Below, in pieces: positions 53,905 to 62,850 of a stretch of DNA of 64,000 bases. The position numbers and the translations under genes were made by a program. The notes beneath the pieces were generated by a model. The model worked only from the letters and a program-made list of their open reading frames with translations, was not told the origin of the DNA and made no database searches. Positions within the stretch are counted from its first letter, which is position 1; every line of letters starts with the position of its first letter. Source of the stretch: a virus; the IMG/VR virus record IMGVR_UViG_3300032893_000004, positions 1-64,000 of that record. One strand, written 5' to 3'.

Positions 53905-56135
53905 CCACCGCCGCGCGAGAAAGTGTCAACCTTAGTGCCTGTAAACGGCTTGGACCTGGTAGAAGTCTTATCTTCAGTGATGCGGTCACCCGCGCTCTTA
54001 ACCTCGTCGGCCATCTGCTGAAATCCTTTCACTATCGCGCCTGTGAGAGCATCCGTGACAGTCTTCCCGGTACCTTCCAGAACAGTCTTCAAAGACTCGT
54101 CGATCTGCCTCTGCTGGGCAGCCTGCGCTTGATCTTTTATGTCAGCTCTGGTGGGAGCACCCGCCTGAACATCGTTGATCGAACCAGCTGTAGCTCCGCC
54201 GAGCTTGGCTTCGAGAGATTGGGAGAACGTCGCTCCACCTGCGGCGGTATTATCGAAGGCTCTGAGACCTGACTGAAGCAGAGTGATCTGATCTCCGCCG
54301 GTCGCCTTGTTGAATCGAGCGACTTCATCTTTACCGAGGACTGACGTCATCATGTTGGAGTATGATACAGCTGAATCAGCTAAAGCTTTCTTGACTATGC
54401 CGACATCTTTTCCGATGTAGTTCGCGATCGCCTGCTGGGTTCGAGGGTTGTCGACGCCCATCTTGATGAAGGAATCGATGGCTACTGCGTTGGTGACGCC
54501 GAGAGAACGAAGCTTAGATACGAGCACCATATCCAACCCAGATGAACCTGAACTGATCAAACTATCCGCTCTCTGAGAATTTATGATGCCTTGCTGAACG
54601 CCTTCCGTCTTGTTGAAGCCAGGCGCGTTAGCGCTGATCGCGGCCGATACACCGGCGCCAACGGTACCGAAGTCTTGGCCGGCTCCTCGGTTAGCCATCT
54701 GTCCGGCAACGAAGTCGCCTAAAGCAGCACGCGCGGGCATCGTGTCCGCGCCTGTGAGTCCCGCCGTAGCAAAGTTCTGAAGTATTCCTGCCTGCGTTCC
54801 GCCAAGAGATCCGTTTCCGATCGCAGCCGCCCTTATAAGCTGGCTCTGAGCTGATTCGGTGATACCGAATCGCGGAGCACCTCTAGCGAACGCGCCTAGC
54901 ACGTCCGGACTCACGGCGTTGGGATTCATTCCGTTTGCGATCAGCATCTGCATCAGTGGATTTCCTCGGTCCATCGACACGCCTTGACCAGCCAAGTTGT
55001 TGACAGCTTGGTGCACTGCCGCCATACCGAACATCCTCTGACCCATGTCGAGGTCCTGAGACTCGCGAATAAAGTTGTCGCCGCCGCCTTTACCCAAGAT
55101 ACCGTAGAGTTCTATGTCTCGGGCGCGGAGTTCGGCGCGCTGCTCGGATTCTATCTGAGCGTAGGATCTGTTACGGGCAGTCGTGAACCCGCCGATACCG
55201 CCTATGATAGCTCCGCCTATGTTGCCTATGATAGGAACGGCTGATCCAGCTAGAAAACCTGCACCGGCGCCCGCAAGCGCTCGTATGATCGGATTGTCCG
55301 AGAGATAGGTACCCGTAAGCTTGGCTTGCGTCCACGCGCTGTCCATAGCTTTCTTCTCTATGCCAGCGCCTGTCTCGCTGAGAAGAGAAAGAGTCGTATC
55401 GCCTTGCTGTCCCATCTGAGCAGCTTGCCTGCGTAGGCGAGCGGCTGCCAGGTAAGCGTCAGTCTCTCGGGTGTAGCCGTACTGGAGACCTGCGGCGCCC
55501 ACGCCTTGCAGCATCTCCGCGCCTGCGCCCAGAGCAGCCGCAGCCACCGGAATACCTCTGATGAAAGATCCGACCGTGGCATACTGACCGAGACCTATCG
55601 CGCTCATCGGACCGGCAAGACCGGGCATCTGCTGCTGCATGAAGACTTGGCGCTGCATCTCGTACTGCTGGTTACGCATCGCGACAGCCTGCGCAGTGAC
55701 GTTGGCCGTCTCTTGCTGACGAGAAACGATTCCGGCTTGATATTCCTTCTCGTCCATCGACCCTCGACGGGACTTGAAGTTCTCAAGCTCGCGTTCGGCC
55801 TCGATTACCTTGTTCTTGATCTTGTCAACTTCGCCTTCGAACGACTTGACTTCGGCCTTCATGCTGTCGACGATGCCTTTGTAAGACTTTCCGAGGAAGT
55901 CGTTGGCTTTCTTGTTCAGCTCGTCGAACGATTTGAACAGTCCTCCCATGCCGGCTTGGGACTTCGTGATCGTCTCGAGCGACATAGTGAATTCTTTCAT
56001 TCGATCGGACACGCCGCCGAGTGAGTAGGATCCGACGCGGCCAAGATCGTTCATCTGGGACTCGGCACGCTTGAGCATTTCAAGGACCTGGTCCATTCCT
56101 TGCATTCGTGCCTCAAAGGTCAAGCGAGCTGGCAT
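53901..56135 (-). CDS. tail tape measure protein
   Basis: 744 aa Ala/Gly/Gln-rich helical; GAGAGFLAG..IIGNIGGAIIGG glycine zipper; synteny. Confidence 0.8.
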   Translation of the reverse strand: MPARLTFEARMQGMDQVLEMLKRAESQMNDLGRVGSYSLGGVSDRMKEFTMSLETITKSQAGMGGLFKSFDELNKKANDFLGKSYKGIVDSMKAEVKSFEGEVDKIKNKVIEAERELENFKSRRGSMDEKEYQAGIVSRQQETANVTAQAVAMRNQQYEMQRQVFMQQQMPGLAGPMSAIGLGQYATVGSFIRGIPVAAAALGAGAEMLQGVGAAGLQYGYTRETDAYLAAARLRRQAAQMGQQGDTTLSLLSETGAGIEKKAMDSAWTQAKLTGTYLSDNPIIRALAGAGAGFLAGSAVPIIGNIGGAIIGGIGGFTTARNRSYAQIESEQRAELRARDIELYGILGKGGGDNFIRESQDLDMGQRMFGMAAVHQAVNNLAGQGVSMDRGNPLMQMLIANGMNPNAVSPDVLGAFARGAPRFGITESAQSQLIRAAAIGNGSLGGTQAGILQNFATAGLTGADTMPARAALGDFVAGQMANRGAGQDFGTVGAGVSAAISANAPGFNKTEGVQQGIINSQRADSLISSGSSGLDMVLVSKLRSLGVTNAVAIDSFIKMGVDNPRTQQAIANYIGKDVGIVKKALADSAVSYSNMMTSVLGKDEVARFNKATGGDQITLLQSGLRAFDNTAAGGATFSQSLEAKLGGATAGSINDVQAGAPTRADIKDQAQAAQQRQIDESLKTVLEGTGKTVTDALTGAIVKGFQQMADEVKSAGDRITEDKTSTRSKPFTGTKVDTFSRGGG

Positions 56136-57098
56136 TTAATTATTCCTCAATAGAAAATCATTAATCTTTTGCAAACAATTGTGCCTGTTCGTTGTCCATT
56201 CTGATTCCCAGATTTCTAAATAAGGAATTCCAAGGTCAGCGAAAAACAGATGTTTGGCAATGTGGTATTCTTCAGGAGTTTGAGCAAAAGGTTTCGCCCT
56301 GAATCCTTTCCCATGCCAATAGTCGCCGTTGAATTCTATTCCGCAGTTTAATTCCGGCACATACACATCAAGCTCAAAACATGTGCCCGATTTGCCCCAC
56401 ACACGTTTGCCAAATTTTCTTTTCACAGCTGTAGGAAATTTTCTTTGAACATACTCGCGAATAAAAACTTCTGGCTTCGATACCCAAGGCTTCATGTGGC
56501 CACAACAATCTTCCAGCCAATCATTCTTGCGAGCAATATGGTAGGCTCTGGCGAAAGAGCTTTGTTGCCAGTCACTAACCGTCTCAAACTGACGTGCAAT
56601 CTGAACAATATCTTTCTTGCTAGCATTTTCCCAAGATCGTTTTGTCTTGGTAAAATGCATTTTCGCTTCTTTCAATACTCCGAATCTGTGCGCAGCCTTG
56701 TACGATCCTCTGTCGGCCGAATACCATTCCTTGAACGTCTTGTATTTTCTAGCGGATATCAAGACAGATTCCGCCGTATACTCTTTATTATGTACTTCCG
56801 GCCGTATCATATGCACGCAAGCATCTTCTAGCCATCCGTGCGTCCAAGCAGCTTTATATGCCGAGTTTGACTTTCTTTGCCATTCTTTACGTGAGGTAAA
56901 CCGCCTTGCATCTTCCAGAACGGTCTCTTTGTCCCACTTTTTTGACCACCTCGGGATCATATGCGCAGCTGCTTCTTTGGTCCAGCCCATCTTATACGCT
57001 GTATCGCACGCAGAGCTGTTGGCACTCCAATCCGACATGCACGAATACTTCTGCGCATCGGCTATAACCAGCTCTTTAGTCCATCTAACGATACTCAC
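56136..57098 (-). CDS. putative homing endonuclease, four ~50-aa repeats + Vsr/DUF559-like nuclease
   Basis: W.KE....A.K(Y/F)...W....AY..A...GWL repeats; ELDVYVP...IEFNGDYWH...IWESEW; AT-rich. Confidence 0.8.
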   Translation of the reverse strand: MSIVRWTKELVIADAQKYSCMSDWSANSSACDTAYKMGWTKEAAAHMIPRWSKKWDKETVLEDARRFTSRKEWQRKSNSAYKAAWTHGWLEDACVHMIRPEVHNKEYTAESVLISARKYKTFKEWYSADRGSYKAAHRFGVLKEAKMHFTKTKRSWENASKKDIVQIARQFETVSDWQQSSFARAYHIARKNDWLEDCCGHMKPWVSKPEVFIREYVQRKFPTAVKRKFGKRVWGKSGTCFELDVYVPELNCGIEFNGDYWHGKGFRAKPFAQTPEEYHIAKHLFFADLGIPYLEIWESEWTTNRHNCLQKINDFLLRNN

Positions 57099-57100
57099 GT

Positions 57101-57598
57101 CTATAGTCCTTCGTCGTCGGGAATCGGATCATCAACTTCGACGGTTTTGTTCAAGGCTTGATCTATGCTAAGATTAGGGTCATCGATGAGTATCCCATCC
57201 AGACGACCCGCATTGTTTTCCTTAGATTTTTCAGCAGCTTGCTCTTTGAGCTGCTTGTCGTACGCGGCCAGTTCCGCTGCGTACCACGCGTCATCTTCTT
57301 CTTGCATCGTCTCCAGATCGGATTTAACCTGCGGCGATTCTTCCGATAGGACCTCGAAAACGATCTCGTCGAACTTGTCCTTCTGCTCCTTGGTTCCCGA
57401 ATTGAGACGCCAGAAGATATCTTCGTACCAGGTACGAATGACGGTTTCCTCAGCCATGTCCTCTACTTGCGGAAGCGGAGTGTGAAATTCGCGAGAGTAC
57501 CAGCGGCACAAGGACTTGTACCAAGCTGGGAATAGCTTCTCGTCGGCCTCGTTCAAAGCTATTACCCGCAACGCTCTTAGCACGTTGGGGCTAATCAT
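57101..57598 (-). CDS. tail assembly chaperone-like protein 2
   Basis: Acidic; RWYSREFHTPL; precedes tape measure. Confidence 0.6.
   Translation of the reverse strand: MISPNVLRALRVIALNEADEKLFPAWYKSLCRWYSREFHTPLPQVEDMAEETVIRTWYEDIFWRLNSGTKEQKDKFDEIVFEVLSEESPQVKSDLETMQEEDDAWYAAELAAYDKQLKEQAAEKSKENNAGRLDGILIDDPNLSIDQALNKTVEVDDPIPDDEGL
57170..57178 (-). promoter_or_regulatory. putative late promoter motif CCTAATCTT
   Basis: 72 nt upstream of 57098, inside 3' end of chaperone gene. Confidence 0.5.
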
Positions 57599-57604
57599 GT
57601 GAGA

Positions 57605-58021
57605 TTACTCTGTTTTTTCGATCGGTTCGGTGCTAAGCTTTCTCGCTGATTTGGTCAACTTTTCGACAGCGACTTTGCTTTCCTTCGTCAGTTCGTCGAC
57701 CGAGCCGGTCACTGTTAGGTCGACCAGGCGGTACAATTCTCCGATGACGTTCTCGTCTTCAAGTTCCAAACCGCCGTCAGAATCCTTCCACCACTTAGGT
57801 CCGTCCATAATGCGTACGAACAATTGGCCAAGCATATAAGCTTCGCCGTTAAGCGAGGGGGCGACTCCGAGCGGGTTGGTTCCGACTATCATCCTGCGAC
57901 GCTCGTCGGCGATGAAATTCTCGCGCCTCGTGAGAATCGTCTTGATCAGGAACTTCCCGGTATACGGGTTACCCGTACGCTGGCCTACCACGTCTATCGT
58001 GATCGGAACAGTAGTATCCAT
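57605..58021 (-). CDS. tail assembly chaperone-like protein 1
   Basis: AAGGAGG SD; YTGKF...PKWW...D.NVI.ELY; synteny. Confidence 0.65.
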   Translation of the reverse strand: MDTTVPITIDVVGQRTGNPYTGKFLIKTILTRRENFIADERRRMIVGTNPLGVAPSLNGEAYMLGQLFVRIMDGPKWWKDSDGGLELEDENVIGELYRLVDLTVTGSVDELTKESKVAVEKLTKSARKLSTEPIEKTE

Positions 58022-58130
58022 AACTTATGCCTCCTTTGCAGAGCATCGCGCGGAGCGAAATGCCTTCCAAAGACATTATACGCAACTTCTGGAATGCGGG
58101 GATTTACTTGAAGTTTAGGATTCTGATGGT

Positions 58131-58589
58131 ATGATGTTCCGAATGAATAACGACCGACGCGTACACGTCCTGGGTCTCAATCCCCGCGAGCAGTTTCTGC
58201 TGAAGCTGATTCTGTCCAACCTGGTGGCAGGATATATCGATAAATCCGTCCAGGAATCCATGCTTTTCAAGACCGGCACCGCCGTCGAGCAGCGCGCGTC
58301 TATGGCCAACGGGCTGTTCTGGAGGTACGTCGATTTCTGCGACCTGCTGTGTCCCGAATCCATGCTAGGCCGTGGTCGTCCGAAAGTGCTCATCATCGAG
58401 CAGCGGATGATGAAGTATGTGGTCCAAGCCGTGAACGGCTACGACCCTCACGACTGCCTGCTGTCCGAGAGGCATCGCGGGTTCCTCTCCAACGGATTCG
58501 AAGAACTTCAGAAAAAGGTTGTGGAATCGTCTCAGTTTCTATACAATCAGCTGGAAATAGATCGAGCCAGGAATTCTGGCCAAAGTTAG
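58131..58589 (+). CDS. hypothetical protein
   Basis: First ORF of divergent + block. Confidence 0.7.
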   Translation: MMFRMNNDRRVHVLGLNPREQFLLKLILSNLVAGYIDKSVQESMLFKTGTAVEQRASMANGLFWRYVDFCDLLCPESMLGRGRPKVLIIEQRMMKYVVQAVNGYDPHDCLLSERHRGFLSNGFEELQKKVVESSQFLYNQLEIDRARNSGQS

Positions 58590-58596
58590 GAGTTTC

Positions 58597-59490
58597 ATGA
58601 GTCTATTCATTTTTGACGTGTCGAATATTTTTTACCGTGCCTTCTACGGAAACGAAGCTCTCTGCACTTCCTACGGACTGCCGACGCAAGGTCTGTACGG
58701 ATTCGTGAGAACGGTCTCTTCCGTGATCCGCGAGCACAGACCCGATCACGTGGCGTTCGTCATGGAAGGCGAAGGCGAGTCACCCAGGAAGGCCATCGAG
58801 CCGCTCTACAAGGCGAACCGCTCCGCTCCGCCTGAAGATCTTGTAACCCAGAAGAAGATGCTGCCCGAGCTTATGTATGTGATGGGATACCCGACGTTCT
58901 CTTATCCCGGATTCGAAGCAGACGACACGATAGCCACCCTCGCCAACGAGGCGGTCAAGTCGCTCTTCGACGTCGTCATCGTATCGGCAGACAAGGATTT
59001 CAATCAGATCATCTGTCCGGGAATCAAGAAGCTCGATCCGGCCAAGAACGCGATAATCGACGAGCAGGAAGTGGTTCTGCGGTACGGCATCTCGCCTGCC
59101 CAGTTCTTGGACTACCTCTCGATCGTCGGAGACACTTCCGATAACATCAAGGGCGTGAAGGGTATAGGCGAAAAAGGCGCGATGGAGCTGATCAAGATGT
59201 ACGGTTCTCTAGACGGGATCTACCGGAATCTGAACTTTATCAAAGGTGCCAAGAAAGATAAGCTGATCTCTTCGAAAGAAGACGTCTACAAGGCTAGGCA
59301 GCTGATCTCGTTCCTGCCGGCTCCTCTCCCGGCAGAGTTAGACATCAACACGTGGTGTCGGTACGGAGGTCCACGCGTCGCGGAGGCCCGCACCTTGTTC
59401 CGCAAGCTAGAATTCCGAGAGCTGGAGATGGCGCTTATCCCTTCTAATACCGTATCCGTCGGCGGTGTCGACATAGGAGTACGCAAGTGA
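58597..59490 (+). CDS. 5'-3' exonuclease / flap endonuclease (PolI N-terminal, T4 RNase H-like)
   Basis: YRAFY, YKANR, EADDTIA, SADKD, GDTSDNIKGVKGIGEKGA. Confidence 0.95.
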   Translation: MSLFIFDVSNIFYRAFYGNEALCTSYGLPTQGLYGFVRTVSSVIREHRPDHVAFVMEGEGESPRKAIEPLYKANRSAPPEDLVTQKKMLPELMYVMGYPTFSYPGFEADDTIATLANEAVKSLFDVVIVSADKDFNQIICPGIKKLDPAKNAIIDEQEVVLRYGISPAQFLDYLSIVGDTSDNIKGVKGIGEKGAMELIKMYGSLDGIYRNLNFIKGAKKDKLISSKEDVYKARQLISFLPAPLPAELDINTWCRYGGPRVAEARTLFRKLEFRELEMALIPSNTVSVGGVDIGVRK

Positions 59491-59972
59491 ACAACGTGGT
59501 GATCACCAAGAATCCGCTGATAAAGGAGCTTTCCGGCTCTCGCATCGAGTTCTATCACCCGCGACCGAGTGCGTCGATGTCTGTGGACACATTGTCTACA
59601 CAGTACGTAACCCTCGTCGGAGCAAAAGCGAACCGAGTTGTCATACCGTTTGCCGTGAACGTCGTGGGCGGCAGTCTACTCGATCTGGATTTCAAGATAT
59701 CAGAACAGCTGGCGGCGGTAGGCGTCAACCTGACCGGTGCTTACTGGGACGGAGAGCAGGTAACCGCGTACGTCATGCCGCTCGACGGCACAGACGTGCA
59801 GGTGGATCTTTCGACGCCCATACTGGTCGGGACACTGGTTCAGGTAGTGAACTACCGGCAAGTATCCGACAAACTGATCGGCGCTAAGTCTCTCGGTACC
59901 ACGAACGGTGTTCTGAATCTGGAACTGACCTCCGACAAGAGGAAGCGGGCTATTCGCAACAGAAAGAGATAG
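59487..59972 (+). CDS. degenerate trimeric dUTPase-like protein
   Basis: Spacing and hydrophobic pattern recall dUTPase, but catalytic motifs are eroded. Confidence 0.4.
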   Translation: MNNVVITKNPLIKELSGSRIEFYHPRPSASMSVDTLSTQYVTLVGAKANRVVIPFAVNVVGGSLLDLDFKISEQLAAVGVNLTGAYWDGEQVTAYVMPLDGTDVQVDLSTPILVGTLVQVVNYRQVSDKLIGAKSLGTTNGVLNLELTSDKRKRAIRNRKR

Positions 59973-59975
59973 TTT

Positions 59976-60566
59976 GTGGATCACAAGCCAATATTTCTAA
60001 CCGCTGATTGGCACTTGGGCCACGAAAAGTCTATCGAGTACGATAAGCGCCCTTTCCGAAACGTCGATCACATGGCCGAAGTTCTCGTTACGAGATACAA
60101 TTCTACCGTGCCCGAGAACGGCGTGTGCTTCTTCGTCGGCGACATCGGTAATCGTCCGGACGACATGAAGAAAGTCATCCAGCGATTGAATGGCACGAAG
60201 TGTCTCTTTCTAGGAAACCACGATAAAGGCATGGGAACGATGTACAACTGCGGCTTCGACGTGGTACTATGGGGAGGAGTGCTTTACATCGGCGACATCA
60301 AAGTGACCATCTCGCATTGTCCTTTGATCGGTGTGTGGCGGGAAGATACGTCGAAGATGAAGAATCCCGACGAGAAGTGGCACGGCGAGCTGCGCGAGAA
60401 ACACCTCATGAGTGCCACAAAGGATGACGGCCAGTTCCATCTGCACGGTCATATCCATTCTCGGCCAGACAAAGCCCAGAGCACCAAGATACTCGGTAAG
60501 CAGTATGACGTTGGTGTTTGCGCCAACAACTACACTCCGGTATCGCTCCCGACAATCACGTCGTAG
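59976..60566 (+). CDS. calcineurin-like metallophosphoesterase
   Basis: ADWHLGH, VGD, GNHD, SHCP, HGHIH. Confidence 0.92.
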   Translation: MDHKPIFLTADWHLGHEKSIEYDKRPFRNVDHMAEVLVTRYNSTVPENGVCFFVGDIGNRPDDMKKVIQRLNGTKCLFLGNHDKGMGTMYNCGFDVVLWGGVLYIGDIKVTISHCPLIGVWREDTSKMKNPDEKWHGELREKHLMSATKDDGQFHLHGHIHSRPDKAQSTKILGKQYDVGVCANNYTPVSLPTITS

Positions 60567-60595
60567 GTAATGAAGTATGCGAACGGAGAGAAGAA

Positions 60596-60850
60596 GTGAA
60601 GGATTATTACAGAGAGAACATCCTAGAAGGCGATGAAGTATTTCCGATGGAAGACTTCGAAGGATTGAACGCGAACGTGTCCTACAAAGTTTTGAGCTTT
60701 TCGGAAGAAAACAAGAGTGGATACGGAATGATCGAGGTGGTCAATGAACTCGGAGTGCGCAGGGCGTACAATTCAGCGGCTTTCGTGATCAATCCGGCTG
60801 GCCGGATGTTCAAGAACGAGGTTAAATCTGGAAACGAAGACGTGCAGTAA
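60596..60850 (+). CDS. hypothetical protein
   Basis: GTG 60596 with GGAG SD. Confidence 0.65.
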   Translation: MKDYYRENILEGDEVFPMEDFEGLNANVSYKVLSFSEENKSGYGMIEVVNELGVRRAYNSAAFVINPAGRMFKNEVKSGNEDVQ

Positions 60851-61301
60851 ATGTAAGACTCCCAAGCCCAAGACACGATTTGGAAAACATAAGCAGACCA
60901 AAGACCGGTTGGATTCGTGGTGCAGGGATTGCCGGAATGTCGCCAGGTTACAACCGCACAGAGTCGCAAGCGCTTACGCGGCCAGACGTAAATTAATAGA
61001 TTCAAATCCGGACAAACACAGAGACAAAGTGCTGAAATATAAATTCGGAATAGTCATCGCTGAGTACAACACTATTCTGGAAGCTCAGAACGGCGTGTGC
61101 GCTATATGCAAACAACCAGAGACGGCGAAGGACATGCGACGCGGTAAGGTAAAATCTTTGGCCGTTGATCATAATCATAAGACTGGCAAGATACGCGGGC
61201 TGTTATGCGATCGGTGCAATACTTCGATAGGCAAGTTTAATGATGATCCGAATCTAATAGAGAAGGCTGTCGAGTATTTGAGAATTAAGGACGAGGAATA
61301 G
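60828..61301 (+). CDS. endonuclease VII-family HNH (putative homing) endonuclease
   Basis: QNGVCAIC...LAVDHNH..GKIRGLLCDRCN; N-terminal CSKC/CRDC finger from CTG 60828. Confidence 0.88.
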   Translation: METKTCSKCKTPKPKTRFGKHKQTKDRLDSWCRDCRNVARLQPHRVASAYAARRKLIDSNPDKHRDKVLKYKFGIVIAEYNTILEAQNGVCAICKQPETAKDMRRGKVKSLAVDHNHKTGKIRGLLCDRCNTSIGKFNDDPNLIEKAVEYLRIKDEE

Positions 61302-61554
61302 TAGACTGTTCTTCTGCACTGGTCACGGAACTATTCGCGCTCTTGACTTCTATGTTTTTCTGAAATGTTTTTCCGCCAAAACTTGCGGCCAAGAATGTTC
61401 CCACCAACATAGATAGTCCGGATAGATCAGATCCTTTCTGCAGTCCGACGACGGCTATATACCCAGCAAGAAACAGCGCAATAAGCGACATCAAACGCAT
61501 GCAGCTGATCGGTGATTTCTCCGACAGAATTTCGCGTATAAGTTTGAATTCCAT
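61285..61554 (-). CDS. holin-like two-TM protein
   Basis: ISCMRLM..., two TM helices, GGK..QK..E. Confidence 0.6.
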   Translation of the reverse strand: MEFKLIREILSEKSPISCMRLMSLIALFLAGYIAVVGLQKGSDLSGLSMLVGTFLAASFGGKTFQKNIEVKSANSSVTSAEEQSTIPRP

Positions 61555-61555
61555 A

Positions 61556-61960
61556 TTAGATAATCTTTAGCAGTTTGATCACTGCCAGGATTCCGGAGGC
61601 GGCGCCGCCGATCCAGAGTACATATTTTGCGGTACTTTTTGCCCAAAGAATCGGCTTCTCTGCGATCTCAAGTCTCTTGCCCATCATCTCGTCTCTCTGG
61701 GCAATTTCCGTTCGCATCAATCGATTCTGCTCTTTCAGTTCCATCACGCCCGCGATATGGACGGCTAGCTCTTTGTTGTACTCAGCGACGTTTTTGTTCA
61801 TGGCTGCCATTTCATGTACTATGCGATCGAATTGTACGTTATGAGCTTCTAACATGACTTGTTGTTTTGCGACTGAAACTTCTATCGCGCCCAACTTATC
61901 AGTCTGTGCATCCTGCTTGTGGTGCAGCTTCGATAACTGTTCCTTTACGCTGAATGCCAT
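61556..61960 (-). CDS. coiled-coil protein with C-terminal TM (holin/XhlA-like)
   Basis: Heptads plus C-terminal hydrophobic helix. Confidence 0.6.
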   Translation of the reverse strand: MAFSVKEQLSKLHHKQDAQTDKLGAIEVSVAKQQVMLEAHNVQFDRIVHEMAAMNKNVAEYNKELAVHIAGVMELKEQNRLMRTEIAQRDEMMGKRLEIAEKPILWAKSTAKYVLWIGGAASGILAVIKLLKII

Positions 61961-61980
61961 ATGAACCTCATTGGATATAA

Positions 61981-61989
61981 AAGATTAGG
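61981..61989 (-). promoter_or_regulatory. putative late promoter motif CCTAATCTT
   Basis: 21 nt upstream of ATG 61960. Confidence 0.65.
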
Positions 61990-62515
61990 TTTGCGCTTTA
62001 GCTGTCCAAGTAGTTGGTAGGCTTTTGATCAGTGGGAGAAGGTCGATAGGGGTCATGTCGTTCAAATTCTCCTTTGTTTGCAACTCGTTGACATTTTCGA
62101 GGATGGCCGCAACGAAGGCGCTACACCAATACGTTTGCCCTATCTCCTTGAAAGGATTGTGTATTTTGATATGGACGAATTTGGCCAATTGTACGATAGC
62201 CAGTCCACATATACCGAGCACTCCGTACGGAATTCCTAACGTTCGGAGAGCAAACGCCTTGGCATTTTTCGCTATAGAATCATCCACGTTGAATGTAAAA
62301 GAGAATACAATTTGTTCCTGAGTCAACCAAGTTGCTTCGGTCATGGCGTTTACTTGGGTATGCGAGGCTTGATAATACATCATCTCGCCGGACTCGTCGT
62401 CGAGCATTTTGATCGCCACATGCGAGAAAGGCGTGCCTTCGGCCCACATGATGAGCCATGAAAAGATCGGGAAGAACGTGATTGCCTTTGAAAATGTGAT
62501 CGTTATATTTTTCAT
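61985..62515 (-). CDS. permuted papain-like (NlpC/P60, YiiX-like) amidase
   Basis: FSHVAI before PYG and WCSAFV (His-then-Cys order). Confidence 0.8.
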   Translation of the reverse strand: MKNITITFSKAITFFPIFSWLIMWAEGTPFSHVAIKMLDDESGEMMYYQASHTQVNAMTEATWLTQEQIVFSFTFNVDDSIAKNAKAFALRTLGIPYGVLGICGLAIVQLAKFVHIKIHNPFKEIGQTYWCSAFVAAILENVNELQTKENLNDMTPIDLLPLIKSLPTTWTAKAQT

Positions 62516-62850
62516 GGCAAACCGGCTATCGCAGCTTGAAGTTGATTCTTCATCCAGTTAACGCGGGCTGTAGTCAAAAACGGCGCCATCTCTTCCGTGA
62601 CTACAACTTGGTTGAGAGCATTGAGAGCTTCCCATAGGGAGCCGCTCGTACCGAAGTACATTACTTGCTGAAGTGTTTGAGCGATCAAACCTGTCTTGCC
62701 GCTATTCGTAATGCCCATGATCACGTTCTCAGCAGCGAATGCCACTACTAGAGTATTAAAGGACATCTGCGCAGCTATCACGAGCTGTGCAACCGCTTGC
62801 ATTTCAGCCTGCGGTATGTTCGGATTGAACGTTGGATAATGTGTTGCCAT
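62512..62850 (-). CDS. hypothetical protein
   Basis: Overlap chain in late module. Confidence 0.7.
   Translation of the reverse strand: MATHYPTFNPNIPQAEMQAVAQLVIAAQMSFNTLVVAFAAENVIMGITNSGKTGLIAQTLQQVMYFGTSGSLWEALNALNQVVVTEEMAPFLTTARVNWMKNQLQAAIAGLP

Noticed and set aside
57608-57625. -1 frameshift site GAAAAAAC in the tail chaperone
   Set aside because: The heptamer is out of register, and the downstream ORF is in frame 0.
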